From positions 1 to 64,000 of the IMG/VR virus record IMGVR_UViG_3300005614_000001: 64,000 nucleotides of DNA; one strand, written 5' to 3'. The DNA is from a virus. Its lineage: Duplodnaviria > Caudoviricetes. A model generated the notes under the pieces. That model searched no databases and was not told where the DNA came from. It saw only the letters and a program-made list of their open reading frames with translations. How positions within the stretch are numbered: the stretch's first letter is position 1; every line of letters starts with the position of its first letter. The position numbers and the translations under genes were made by a program. Below are positions 8,539-17,457 of the stretch, in pieces.

Positions 8539-9633
8539 ATGAACATAGTATCAAAAATACCCAATAATAGAATAACAGAGACTCAATATAGGACTATAAA
8601 AGATAGATTATCATATAGTTCTATTAAAACTTATGATGATTCTCCATTGGATTTCTATAAAGAGCATATCCTGCTTCAACCTACAAAGAGAGAAAAAAGT
8701 AAGGACATGATAATAGGAGATGGAGTAGATTGCCTATTACTGCAGGGGGAAGAAGTATTTCATGAGAAATTTGAAATAGCAGCTATAGGGGAGATAAAGA
8801 AAGATCAGAACCAAATGACTACTTTCTCTCATAACCTTTGGGATCTTACTTTAGAAGCAATGGACGAGGAAGGGATTATAACCAGGGAATTTGAGCATCT
8901 TCTATCTGATGCATATGATAGGACCAAATATGGATATAATGGGGAACAATTGGCCTTTAAACGTGCAGGAGATACCCTGGAGGCTATAATAAACAAGTTC
9001 TATGGGAGTGATTGTGAAATATGGTATAACCAAAAGAGAAAAACCCTGCATAAGACAGTACTCTCCCTATCTGATGTAGAGAATATAGAAAAGATAATAG
9101 GAGCTTTAAAATCTGCTCCTGAAGTAAGTGATATAATAAATCAGCAAACAGAAGGTGATATAGAAGTTCATAATCAGTTTGCTATTCTTTTTGAATTGCA
9201 TAATCTACCCTTGAAGTGTCTTTTGGATAAAGTAATAATAGACCATAAAAAGAAGATCATCTATCCTTATGATCTAAAGTGTACCTGGGATATTAACTCT
9301 TTTGAGTACACTTACTTAAAATACAAGTATTATATACAGAATTATGTCTATACTACAGGGTTAAATATATGGAGAGTTGAACATCGCCCTGGATATAAAG
9401 TGGCTGATTTTCAGTTTATAGTAGCTCATTCTGCTAACTTATATCAGCCGATGATATATAAAACAGACCAGACAGATTATCTAAAGGCACGGACTGGATT
9501 TAATTGTGGCTCAAAAGCTTATAAAGGAGTAGATAGACTACTGCAGGAAATGAAATATAGTATAGATAACAGCTCATGGAATACTGCCCCTTTAGGGAAG
9601 CAGATTGTGGATTTACAGATAAATTACCGATAA
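8539..9633 (+). CDS. PD-(D/E)XK exonuclease (RecE/exonuclease VIII, DUF3799-like)
   Basis: LSYSSIK, IIGDGVD, KCLLDKV, DLK and YYIQ..VY motifs. Confidence 0.8.
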   Translation: MNIVSKIPNNRITETQYRTIKDRLSYSSIKTYDDSPLDFYKEHILLQPTKREKSKDMIIGDGVDCLLLQGEEVFHEKFEIAAIGEIKKDQNQMTTFSHNLWDLTLEAMDEEGIITREFEHLLSDAYDRTKYGYNGEQLAFKRAGDTLEAIINKFYGSDCEIWYNQKRKTLHKTVLSLSDVENIEKIIGALKSAPEVSDIINQQTEGDIEVHNQFAILFELHNLPLKCLLDKVIIDHKKKIIYPYDLKCTWDINSFEYTYLKYKYYIQNYVYTTGLNIWRVEHRPGYKVADFQFIVAHSANLYQPMIYKTDQTDYLKARTGFNCGSKAYKGVDRLLQEMKYSIDNSSWNTAPLGKQIVDLQINYR

Positions 9634-9857
9634 TGGATAAAAATGGGAAAGGCTTATATGCTCAATTATCAAAGGAAAATGCAGACAAACTTGAAAAACA
9701 AATAAAAGACTTCTTTTCTCTTTCTATTGAAGATAGAATGAAATATTATGCAAATACTATAAGAACAGGAGCTGCTTTACTTACTAAAGTATTTTGTGAG
9801 ATAATTGCAGATAGAAATATAGAAGAAGTCAATAAAATTATAAATGGCAAATTATGA
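9633..9857 (+). CDS. hypothetical protein
   Basis: TAATG coupling at 9631-9635 favours ATG 9633 over the track start 9576. Confidence 0.6.
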   Translation: MDKNGKGLYAQLSKENADKLEKQIKDFFSLSIEDRMKYYANTIRTGAALLTKVFCEIIADRNIEEVNKIINGKL

Positions 9858-10414
9858 TAGAAAAGAAAAATGTGGCTACTATCTACCTACTTCCGGGATT
9901 GATAGATAATTTAAAGTCCTCTACAAAGGATTTAGAAAGAATGGGATTAGTGAATGCATACCTAACAGATGTAAACCATGATAAAAAGTGGCAGGACTCT
10001 ATCTATCTTCTGTTTAAAGTAACAGATCCTGTACAATTAGGGGACTTTATTTTAAAGCATGAGGATAAAATAGTAGATGAGTATGATTATGAAGGTGGAT
10101 TTACAGTGATAGTATTTTGTTTTCCAATAAAGCATATAGCCAACTACATGGCTTTTAAGCAAGGGAAATACTCCTGGTTTACTGCAGAATATAAAGATTT
10201 ATTCAACAGACTCCCCTCCCCTGAAGAAAAGCTTATAGGGTTAAAGAAAAGTGTCACTCATTGTGTATTTAATAAATCTCCAGACCTTAGAGCTATAATA
10301 GAGGAAAGGATAGGGGAGAAATTACCGCATGATAGTGAACTAGCGTCTTATCCGGGGGAAGAAGTAGAGTTAAGAATAGAGAAACTAACCATAAAATCCA
10401 GTACAGATGCATAA
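9854..10414 (+). CDS. conserved hypothetical phage protein
   Basis: 186-aa ORF with NAYL, YLLF and GKYS motifs, coupled on both sides. Confidence 0.7.
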   Translation: MIEKKNVATIYLLPGLIDNLKSSTKDLERMGLVNAYLTDVNHDKKWQDSIYLLFKVTDPVQLGDFILKHEDKIVDEYDYEGGFTVIVFCFPIKHIANYMAFKQGKYSWFTAEYKDLFNRLPSPEEKLIGLKKSVTHCVFNKSPDLRAIIEERIGEKLPHDSELASYPGEEVELRIEKLTIKSSTDA

Positions 10415-10601
10415 TCAATCTTTAATCTCCTTCCTGCAGGATATATACTCTCTCCCGGATGTAGTGATATTTTGTGAAATGAACAGTTATTATCACCTCC
10501 TGGAAGCTAAAGTGGAAGATACTACAGATGACCATTGGTATGATTATCAATGGTTTAAAGACAAAGCTCAATCTTTAAAAGATGAATTAACATGCAAATA
10601 A
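10407..10601 (+). CDS. hypothetical protein
   Basis: 64-aa ORF overlapping both neighbours. Confidence 0.55.
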   Translation: MHNQSLISFLQDIYSLPDVVIFCEMNSYYHLLEAKVEDTTDDHWYDYQWFKDKAQSLKDELTCK

Positions 10602-10813
10602 ACACAACAGAAGGAACAATAGATATAACAGACCCTCTTATAGGGAAGATAGTATATAGGTTTGTAGAGCAAGGACAATCTTTCAGGAGTGCAGGGACAT
10701 TTTTAGTATCCCTAATGGAAGAACTATGTGCAAAAACTATAGACGATACAGAACTTGGGAAAGAAGTAAGGAGAATATTCTCAGAAAAACAACCTCAAAT
10801 TAAACAATCTTAA
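10592..10813 (+). CDS. hypothetical protein
   Basis: 73-aa ORF with DTELGKEVR motif. Confidence 0.6.
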   Translation: MQINTTEGTIDITDPLIGKIVYRFVEQGQSFRSAGTFLVSLMEELCAKTIDDTELGKEVRRIFSEKQPQIKQS

Positions 10814-10818
10814 TTTTT

Positions 10819-11184
10819 ATGGCAGATATAATAAGTGGAGGAAATAAATGGATAGAAGGTTATAAACCAATAGACAAGATAAAAGAAGAAGAGAAAGCCC
10901 TTAGATATAATGAAGGAAAAAGAAAATGGTCTTTAATAGACTATCCTTCCCTGGAAGAAATGGTGAAGGTATTAGAAATGGGCGCAACCAAATATGCTCC
11001 TTTTAACTGGCAAAAAGGGTTAAATAGAGAAGAGCTCCTGGAATCTGCAATGAGGCATATGGTAGCCCTTATGAATAAAGAAGAAGTAGATCAGGAATCT
11101 GGAATTAGCCATGCAGGGCATATTATGTGTAATATGCTATTCTATATATGGATGCATAATAATGATAAATTTATAAAGAAATGA
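10819..11184 (+). CDS. dATP/dGTP diphosphohydrolase domain protein (DUF5664-like)
   Basis: RYNEGK, GATKYAPFNWQKG, AMRH and DQESGISHAGHIMCN motifs. Confidence 0.85.
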   Translation: MADIISGGNKWIEGYKPIDKIKEEEKALRYNEGKRKWSLIDYPSLEEMVKVLEMGATKYAPFNWQKGLNREELLESAMRHMVALMNKEEVDQESGISHAGHIMCNMLFYIWMHNNDKFIKK

Positions 11185-11594
11185 GTAAAACAGATATAGA
11201 AGAATTATTGTCCTTCTACAGAAAGGAATTTAAGCTAAAAACAGGGATGGAGCTAACAGTTGCTCCAATCCCTATAAAGAAGTTATCTATAAAAGAAATA
11301 GTAGATGGAGCAGAGTCATTCTTTAGAGTAGATAAAAAATATATATACTATAAAGGAAAAGATAGAGAGAGGGTAAAAATAAGACAAATGATATACGCTG
11401 CCTGCAGGGAAAATTCACATAGTTATGAAAGAATAGCAATATCATTTAAAATGGATCATACATCTATCATACATAATGTTAGAACATTCTATGCCCATAA
11501 TAAATACGAACTGGAATATAAAGAGGAGTTTGAGAGATTTGAAGCATTTTTACATGAAAGAATACATGAAAATTTGTTGCAGGAAGTAGCATAA
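11181..11594 (+). CDS. DnaA C-terminal (domain IV)-like HTH DNA-binding protein
   Basis: RQMIY...SYERIA..F.MDHTSIIH resembles the DnaA RDHTTVIH helix. Confidence 0.75.
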   Translation: MSKTDIEELLSFYRKEFKLKTGMELTVAPIPIKKLSIKEIVDGAESFFRVDKKYIYYKGKDRERVKIRQMIYAACRENSHSYERIAISFKMDHTSIIHNVRTFYAHNKYELEYKEEFERFEAFLHERIHENLLQEVA

Positions 11595-11622
11595 TTAGTT
11601 GAAAAAGTGGTAAATTTATATA

Positions 11623-11895
11623 ATGAAAGCAGAAGATTTAAGATCACTGATGATATCTTTAAATGCCTTTGGTAAAAAAGAGATAAAGGTAGTAATGCCC
11701 AAAAAGGAGCTGGATGGATTTATGATTAGTTGTAAAAAAGAAGGAGAGGAAGCTGGAATGCTCATTAAAGAGAATGATGGTTATAAAGTAAAGGATTATG
11801 ATAGAGCAATAATAAAATTCTCCTACCCAGAATTTATCACAACCAAAATAACCTTAAAAAGTACCTTAAGTAATAAATTCTCAATAGAATGGTAG
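11623..11895 (+). CDS. hypothetical protein
   Basis: 90-aa ORF. Confidence 0.6.
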   Translation: MKAEDLRSLMISLNAFGKKEIKVVMPKKELDGFMISCKKEGEEAGMLIKENDGYKVKDYDRAIIKFSYPEFITTKITLKSTLSNKFSIEW

Positions 11896-12410
11896 ATATT
11901 AAAGTAAAAACGGGAGATAGGGAAACTTCTGTTCCAAAAGAACAGATAACAGAAGCTATAAAAGAAGCTTATTCTAAGAAAATAGCCCTCATCCTGGAGC
12001 CATATAAAGTACCTAGACGTCATCCAAAATATGATTGGATGCTAGTAGAGACTTATGAAGAGTTCATTAAATTTATAGAAGGATATTATAAGTTACACTC
12101 CTCTCTCCCGGCACTTATAAGTTTCTCTCATAACCTCACTGCAGAACATGATAAAGCAGATGCCAGTAGATCACTATCTTCTCCTATATTCTATAGTGGA
12201 TATAAGACGAAGACAGGAAAAGATGCTGCAGAGTGGTTGGTAAAGTTCTGTAAATCTAATAATGCCCTCCTGGACAGCCTGGTAGCTATACATGCAGAAA
12301 TGGATAAGCATATATCAAATATAGAATATTTAATAAATGAGTGTAAGAAGCAACAGGGATTGAAGGATTTAGCATTTAAAATGAAATGGGAATGGAAAGA
12401 ATCTCAATAA
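11889..12410 (+). CDS. degenerate cyclic-phosphate-processing receiver (cREC)-like domain protein
   Basis: YEEFIKFI...LP.LISFSHNL...KTGKDAAEWLV...IH mirrors the family ISFDHDL / KTGYD.AKWL / VHS.N pattern, but the acidic residues are lost. Confidence 0.6.
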   Translation: MVDIKVKTGDRETSVPKEQITEAIKEAYSKKIALILEPYKVPRRHPKYDWMLVETYEEFIKFIEGYYKLHSSLPALISFSHNLTAEHDKADASRSLSSPIFYSGYKTKTGKDAAEWLVKFCKSNNALLDSLVAIHAEMDKHISNIEYLINECKKQQGLKDLAFKMKWEWKESQ

Positions 12411-12428
12411 TAACTATAAAATTTAAAC

Positions 12429-13421
12429 ATGGCTAAGGAAAAAGTACAGAAAGAGGATTTTGACACAGTATTAAAGAACCTAAATAAAAGGTACGGAGTA
12501 GGGACAATAATAAGTGGAAAGGATATAGTTCAAACATTGGATGTTATAAGTACAGGTTCTATGACCCTTGATATAGCTACCACTATTGGAGGAATACCAT
12601 TAGGAAAGATAATTGAAATTTTTGGAGTAGAATCTTCTGGAAAGAGTACTCTTACCCTACATATAATATCAGAGTTTCAGAAGGCTGGAAAAAAGGCGGT
12701 ATATTGTGATTTTGAGCATTCTTTTGATAAGAAGTATGCAGAATCTATAGGAGTGGATGTAGATAGTCTTATTATAGTTTCCCCTGAATGCCAGGAGGAT
12801 GGATATAATTTAATAGAGGAGTTGGTTAAAACTAGTGAAATATCTTTGGTAATAATAGATAGTCATACAGCTATGATGCCCAGAAAGATAGTAGATGGTG
12901 AAGTAGGGGAAGCTACTATTGGGTTGCAGGCGAGGATAAATAGTGTTGCTTTAGGGAAGCTAAAAAGTGTACTCCCGGCTAATAATTGTACATTGATTTC
13001 AGTTTCACAACTTAGAACAGCTATCGGAGGGTATGGTGATCCAAGTACTCCCACAGGTGGAAATGCTTATAAGTTCTATGCAGATATGCGGTTAAAAGTA
13101 TTCAAACAATTAGATAAAACTAATGATCTGAATAAAACTACTGTAGATGTAATAAAGAACAAATGCGGTAATCCATTTGGGAAGGCAGAGTTTAATATAG
13201 TATGGGGAAAGGGAATAGATAAAAAACAGGAAATAGTAGATTTAGCAGTAGAACTGGACCTCATTAAAAAAGGCGGTAGCTGGTACACTATTCCAGGTGA
13301 GGAAGGAAGTGATGATTTAAAACTCCAGGGGGATAATGGAATAAAGAAATTCCTGGAAGATAATCCTGAATTCTCAAAAGAACTGGAAGATAAAGTAATA
13401 GAACAACTTAAAAGTAAATAA
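12429..13421 (+). CDS. recA: RecA recombinase
   Basis: ISTGS.TLD, GGIP.GKIIEIFG, Walker A GVESSGKS, Walker B LVIIDS, GG.A.KFYA, KNK, GSWY. Confidence 0.95.
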   Translation: MAKEKVQKEDFDTVLKNLNKRYGVGTIISGKDIVQTLDVISTGSMTLDIATTIGGIPLGKIIEIFGVESSGKSTLTLHIISEFQKAGKKAVYCDFEHSFDKKYAESIGVDVDSLIIVSPECQEDGYNLIEELVKTSEISLVIIDSHTAMMPRKIVDGEVGEATIGLQARINSVALGKLKSVLPANNCTLISVSQLRTAIGGYGDPSTPTGGNAYKFYADMRLKVFKQLDKTNDLNKTTVDVIKNKCGNPFGKAEFNIVWGKGIDKKQEIVDLAVELDLIKKGGSWYTIPGEEGSDDLKLQGDNGIKKFLEDNPEFSKELEDKVIEQLKSK

Positions 13422-13423
13422 TT

Positions 13424-13771
13424 ATGGAAGAAAAATTAAAACAGTCCCCTAAAGAACTATTTAATACTTTTTGGAAAGAACTAGTGTGTGATGAGAAAGG
13501 AAATATCCTCCCTGAATTAGTACAGAATGAACTTGCTGATTATCATAAGTTAATGGGAGATAGTAGTGCTGTTTATGAACATATTACCTGGGGTTTATTA
13601 TCTAAACCGGGGTATGATGCAAAAACTGTTATAAAAGCAGCAAATGATGCCTACAAAAGTAGATATATAGACTATTTTATTGATTTTTTAAATGTTATGG
13701 AACTCAAAGATAAAATAGATATTGAAACATTAAATTTATTATCAAAAGAAGTAGAAAAATACTTTAAATAA
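13424..13771 (+). CDS. hypothetical protein
   Basis: 115-aa ORF with ELADY and LLSKP motifs. Confidence 0.65.
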   Translation: MEEKLKQSPKELFNTFWKELVCDEKGNILPELVQNELADYHKLMGDSSAVYEHITWGLLSKPGYDAKTVIKAANDAYKSRYIDYFIDFLNVMELKDKIDIETLNLLSKEVEKYFK

Positions 13772-13974
13772 TGGATGTAATAGATTATGAAAAAGAAGTA
13801 AGATCCAAATTCCCAGAAGCAAAGTGTGTTGGAGTAGGTATTAATGGAAGCAAACCAATTTATTATATGATTATTGGGTGTAGCTTAAAGGAAAATTATA
13901 AAGATTCTAAGGAATTAGCATGGAAAAATGCCTATGATACAGTAATTAGTTCAAATATAAATAATTATGAATAA
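13771..13974 (+). CDS. hypothetical protein
   Basis: TAATG-coupled 67-aa ORF with AWKNA motif. Confidence 0.6.
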   Translation: MDVIDYEKEVRSKFPEAKCVGVGINGSKPIYYMIIGCSLKENYKDSKELAWKNAYDTVISSNINNYE

Positions 13975-14185
13975 GTATATAGTGATATTTATAGTTATAT
14001 TAATTTCTTCCTGTAGCAATGATTTAGTTTATAGATGTAAGAATATATATACTGGAGAAGTAACGGGAATTTATACAGGAAAGATATTAAAAAAAGGAGA
14101 TGGAATTATGGAATGGGGTCAGGTATATATAGTAGAAAGTGATACTCCTATTTGTGAAATAAAAGTAAATACTACCCCATTATAA
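13967..14185 (+). CDS. putative small lipoprotein
   Basis: MNKYIVIFIVILISSC: basic N-region, hydrophobic core and lipobox-like Cys. Confidence 0.6.
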   Translation: MNKYIVIFIVILISSCSNDLVYRCKNIYTGEVTGIYTGKILKKGDGIMEWGQVYIVESDTPICEIKVNTTPL

Positions 14186-14385
14186 TGGAAATAAAGACAA
14201 TAAATGAATATAATTGTCCAATAGAGCTCCTGGAGGTAATAGAATATCTCCAGGAGAACCTTCCGGACAGGAATGCTAAATACTATGATTACAAAGCACA
14301 AGTTAAATTAATCAGACAGATGCATAATCAATACAATCACATTGTTGGATTTAATGCATTTGTTCAAAAATGGATACCAGAATGA
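14185..14385 (+). CDS. hypothetical protein
   Basis: TAATG-coupled 66-aa ORF. Confidence 0.55.
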   Translation: MEIKTINEYNCPIELLEVIEYLQENLPDRNAKYYDYKAQVKLIRQMHNQYNHIVGFNAFVQKWIPE

Positions 14386-14460
14386 TAACTGATATAGTTT
14401 GTTTTAGTGTGATAGTAGCTATAGTATTCATAGTATTTGCTACTAAAAAATAGATAGATC

Positions 14461-15018
14461 ATGAGTGAAATACATTTAACACCAGTAACTCTTACTCCTT
14501 ATCAGAAAGTGTGTTTAGAAATAAATCTTCTTAATCAGGGGCCTGGAAGAAGCAGGAAGAAAAGTGGGAGGAAAAAACCAATTAAAACCCCTGAAGTTAA
14601 AAGTAAAGAGGAAAAGTTTAAAAAGTTAAAGGAGAAACTGGAAAAGAAACAGAAATATCTTGTTACCAGACATGCAATACAGAGATTTAGAGAAAGAGTA
14701 GCAGACATCTCGGAAGATAGAATAAGAGAGATGCTCCTTTGTGAAAATTGTATAAAAAGGTATGATACTTTGGGAGATGGGAAGTATTCAATAAGACCAT
14801 TTCACCCGGTATGGGTATATGTTCATAATAGAAGGGTAGTTACTGTAATAAGCAGAATTGGGAGGTATGATATAAGACCGGGAGTTAAATTACAGCTACT
14901 CTCCTCTTACATGGATTATGTAATAGATGCTAAAGTTGAGCAGATAGTAGAGGGGAAAGATATAAAGATAGATTCATTTGAGAAGTATTTTAAACATAAT
15001 TTTAGGCTTATACTATGA
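14461..15018 (+). CDS. hypothetical protein with RelE/DUF4258-like H-A-x-x-R-x-x-E-R motif
   Basis: VTRHAIQRFRER...VVTVI, a pattern seen in RelE-like RNase folds. Confidence 0.5.
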   Translation: MSEIHLTPVTLTPYQKVCLEINLLNQGPGRSRKKSGRKKPIKTPEVKSKEEKFKKLKEKLEKKQKYLVTRHAIQRFRERVADISEDRIREMLLCENCIKRYDTLGDGKYSIRPFHPVWVYVHNRRVVTVISRIGRYDIRPGVKLQLLSSYMDYVIDAKVEQIVEGKDIKIDSFEKYFKHNFRLIL

Positions 15019-15245
15019 AAATAAAGGAAAAATATATAATAGTTGGAAGAGGGGAGGTATTCACTATTTCCTTGAAAGAAAATGGATACGAAGGGTTATT
15101 AAATAAAGATCTTAAGACATTTATAGGAAAAGATTTTGAATATGAAGATAAAAATTACCAAATAATAGGAGTAGAACATTATGCATCTCCTATTAATAAT
15201 GAATCATTTGATTTAATAGGATTACTTGTAAAGGAAAAGTTATGA
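15015..15245 (+). CDS. hypothetical protein
   Basis: 76-aa ORF with ATGA overlaps. Confidence 0.6.
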   Translation: MKIKEKYIIVGRGEVFTISLKENGYEGLLNKDLKTFIGKDFEYEDKNYQIIGVEHYASPINNESFDLIGLLVKEKL

Positions 15246-15652
15246 GAGATAAATATTACACACCAGATATAGAAGACCTATTTATAGGATATGAATGTGA
15301 GTACACTTCAGATATGTCAGTTTTTAAATGTGAAATTCAAGATTGTATAATAAAAGGTAAATTATGTGCTAGTGAATTAACTGATATTATTAAATGGGTA
15401 ACAGAGGATGGGGATGATTTATCCTTATTTGTAAGAACAAAATACCTGAATAAAGATGATTTAATTGCAGATGGATGGAAAGAAAGTGTAGGTAAAAATA
15501 ATTTATTTACAAAACATGAATCTTGTGTATTACATCTCTTAGAAGATCACTGGGTTATTATTCTTAAATACGAAGAAGAATACTTTTCCGGGGAAATCAA
15601 AAGTATAAATGAGTTAAGAAAACTGGAGAAATGGCTAAAACTTGCTCAATAG
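15242..15652 (+). CDS. hypothetical protein
   Basis: 136-aa ORF with KYYTPDIE and IKSINEL motifs. Confidence 0.65.
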   Translation: MRDKYYTPDIEDLFIGYECEYTSDMSVFKCEIQDCIIKGKLCASELTDIIKWVTEDGDDLSLFVRTKYLNKDDLIADGWKESVGKNNLFTKHESCVLHLLEDHWVIILKYEEEYFSGEIKSINELRKLEKWLKLAQ

Positions 15653-16074
15653 AAGGGTGTAATAAACCAGTGTGGGGAAAAGGGAAATGTTCTTATCACC
15701 AAGACAAAAAGCCCCTTAACCAAGGCTCCAATGGCCTTAAATCTACATCCAGGCTGAAGAGAAAGAAGAAAAGTACAGAACAAATAATACAGGAGAATGA
15801 ACAGAGAGATAAAATGCTCTCTTTATTTTCCACTATATGGAAGAAAAGAGGGCCTTATAGTGAGATATCAGGAGTATTTTTAGGAGGAGAGTGTAAAACA
15901 ATATTTATTCACCATATCCTTCCAAAATCAAAGTACCCACAACTATGTCTGGAAGAGGAAAACCTTATAATAATATCTTTTGAGGAACACCAGGAGGTAG
16001 AAAATGATATGTATAAATATGATGAAATAAATCAACGTAGAGAAAAAATAAAGGAAAAGTTTGGAATATTATAA
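15631..16074 (+). CDS. HNH endonuclease (NinG-like) with N-terminal Zn finger
   Basis: CSIEGC...CSYH, then HHILPKSKYP...EENL...EH. Confidence 0.75.
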   Translation: MAKTCSIEGCNKPVWGKGKCSYHQDKKPLNQGSNGLKSTSRLKRKKKSTEQIIQENEQRDKMLSLFSTIWKKRGPYSEISGVFLGGECKTIFIHHILPKSKYPQLCLEEENLIIISFEEHQEVENDMYKYDEINQRREKIKEKFGIL

Positions 16075-16111
16075 ATAATGATTATTTTTACAGTATAAAA
16101 TATTATAAAAC

Positions 16112-16489
16112 ATGCAAGAAAATCAAAGTGATAAGTTCTTCTCTCAGAAAAATATTGGAGGATTAGAAGACAATATCTTAAAGGAAGAGTTAAATAAGAT
16201 CCTTCAAAGAGGTTCTTCTACAGAAGATATAGAAGATATGAATAAAGAAAAAACACCTAAATTATCTTTTGGAGAGAAGGCAGTAGGACTAACTTTTAAC
16301 CCTGGTGGCATGAAGGAGGTTAATTCAATAAAAAAACTTTCTGCAGATCTTATAGATGAACTTAATAATCAAAGAGATAAAGCAAAGGAAGAAAATAATG
16401 AAGAAAAAATAGCTCAGTTTACTTTAGCTATTAGATCTATCCAGGAAGGACAACTATGGGGAGTAAAGGCGGCTACTTGGAAATATTAA
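16112..16489 (+). CDS. candidate Acb2/Tad1-like helical-hairpin anti-defence (nucleotide sponge) protein
   Basis: SFGEKAVGLTFNP...IKK..ADLID...LAI..IQEGQLWGVKAATW pattern, recalled from Acb2/Tad1 hairpin-domain proteins; not verified by search. Confidence 0.5.
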   Translation: MQENQSDKFFSQKNIGGLEDNILKEELNKILQRGSSTEDIEDMNKEKTPKLSFGEKAVGLTFNPGGMKEVNSIKKLSADLIDELNNQRDKAKEENNEEKIAQFTLAIRSIQEGQLWGVKAATWKY

Positions 16490-16499
16490 TCAAATAAAT

Positions 16500-16703
16500 A
16501 TGACTATAGAAGATTACATAAGTAAAGGATACACATACGGAACTCAAGAGGGAAAAGAAGGGAATATAGTATGGGCAGAATCCCCTCCACCAAATGAAAT
16601 GAGTATTATGTCTCATTATAAAGATGAGGAAGGATATGAAACAATATTATTAGAAATACTAGCTAAATTAAAAGAAGCATACACAAATAAAAACCATAAA
16701 TAA
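16500..16703 (+). CDS. hypothetical protein, tandem paralog 1
   Basis: MTIEDYISKGYTYGT...VWAESP. Confidence 0.65.
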   Translation: MTIEDYISKGYTYGTQEGKEGNIVWAESPPPNEMSIMSHYKDEEGYETILLEILAKLKEAYTNKNHK

Positions 16704-16945
16704 TGACTTTAAAAGATTATGAAAAGAAAGGTTATTCATGGGGAACAATTCAGAGTAAGTTTGATAGACCTGGAGAAATTTTCTCAGAAGAAGAGGTTTG
16801 GGTACAATCTCCTATAGTAAATGAAATAATTATTAAAGATAGGTTAAATGGTAGAAATGTTGAAGAAGTGGCAATGGAACTATTAGTTAATTTAAAAGAA
16901 ATAGTAGAAATAGATTTAAGTGACTTATTAACAAAAACCAAATAA
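16703..16945 (+). CDS. hypothetical protein, tandem paralog 2
   Basis: MTLKDYEKKGYSWGT...VWVQSP. Confidence 0.65.
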   Translation: MTLKDYEKKGYSWGTIQSKFDRPGEIFSEEEVWVQSPIVNEIIIKDRLNGRNVEEVAMELLVNLKEIVEIDLSDLLTKTK

Positions 16946-16948
16946 ATA

Positions 16949-17311
16949 ATGAACAAAAACATCTTTTATTGTAAGATTGATTCACAAGTACCAGGAGAGA
17001 AACTAGTAGTAGGCTTTCCTTTAGATCGTATCCTTAAAGTTATCCAGTATGCACCAAATAAGTTATGTGTACTCCTGGAGGACTTAAATGAGCAATCTGT
17101 TGAGAAACAGCGTATGACTAAAGGGAATAAAGTAGAGAATTATAGGGTGAAGGAAACTATTCAAACTATGTTTTACCTGGATGAAGTAGATAGTGTACGA
17201 CTAATGGCACTTTCTTCTATAGATGATGAAATTCTATCCCTGGAAATAACAAATGAAAGAGACCCTGCAGCTAAAGTAGAAAATAAACAAAAAGCTACAG
17301 AATTAGCATAA
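16949..17311 (+). CDS. hypothetical protein
   Basis: 120-aa ORF. Confidence 0.65.
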   Translation: MNKNIFYCKIDSQVPGEKLVVGFPLDRILKVIQYAPNKLCVLLEDLNEQSVEKQRMTKGNKVENYRVKETIQTMFYLDEVDSVRLMALSSIDDEILSLEITNERDPAAKVENKQKATELA

Positions 17312-17355
17312 AAACATTACCTTTGTACTATTCCATCTAATCATGTTTAATGATA

Positions 17356-17391
17356 CCCCTCTTAGTTTCTACTTCGAGGGGATTATTTTTT
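17356..17391 (+). terminator. rho-independent terminator-like hairpin
   Basis: CCCCTC...GAGGGG stem followed by ATTATTTTTT. Confidence 0.6.
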
Positions 17392-17457
17392 ATGAGCCGA
17401 TTATATAATTTATTCGGCTCAACACTTAACTTTAAATAAATTAATAACATTTTATAT

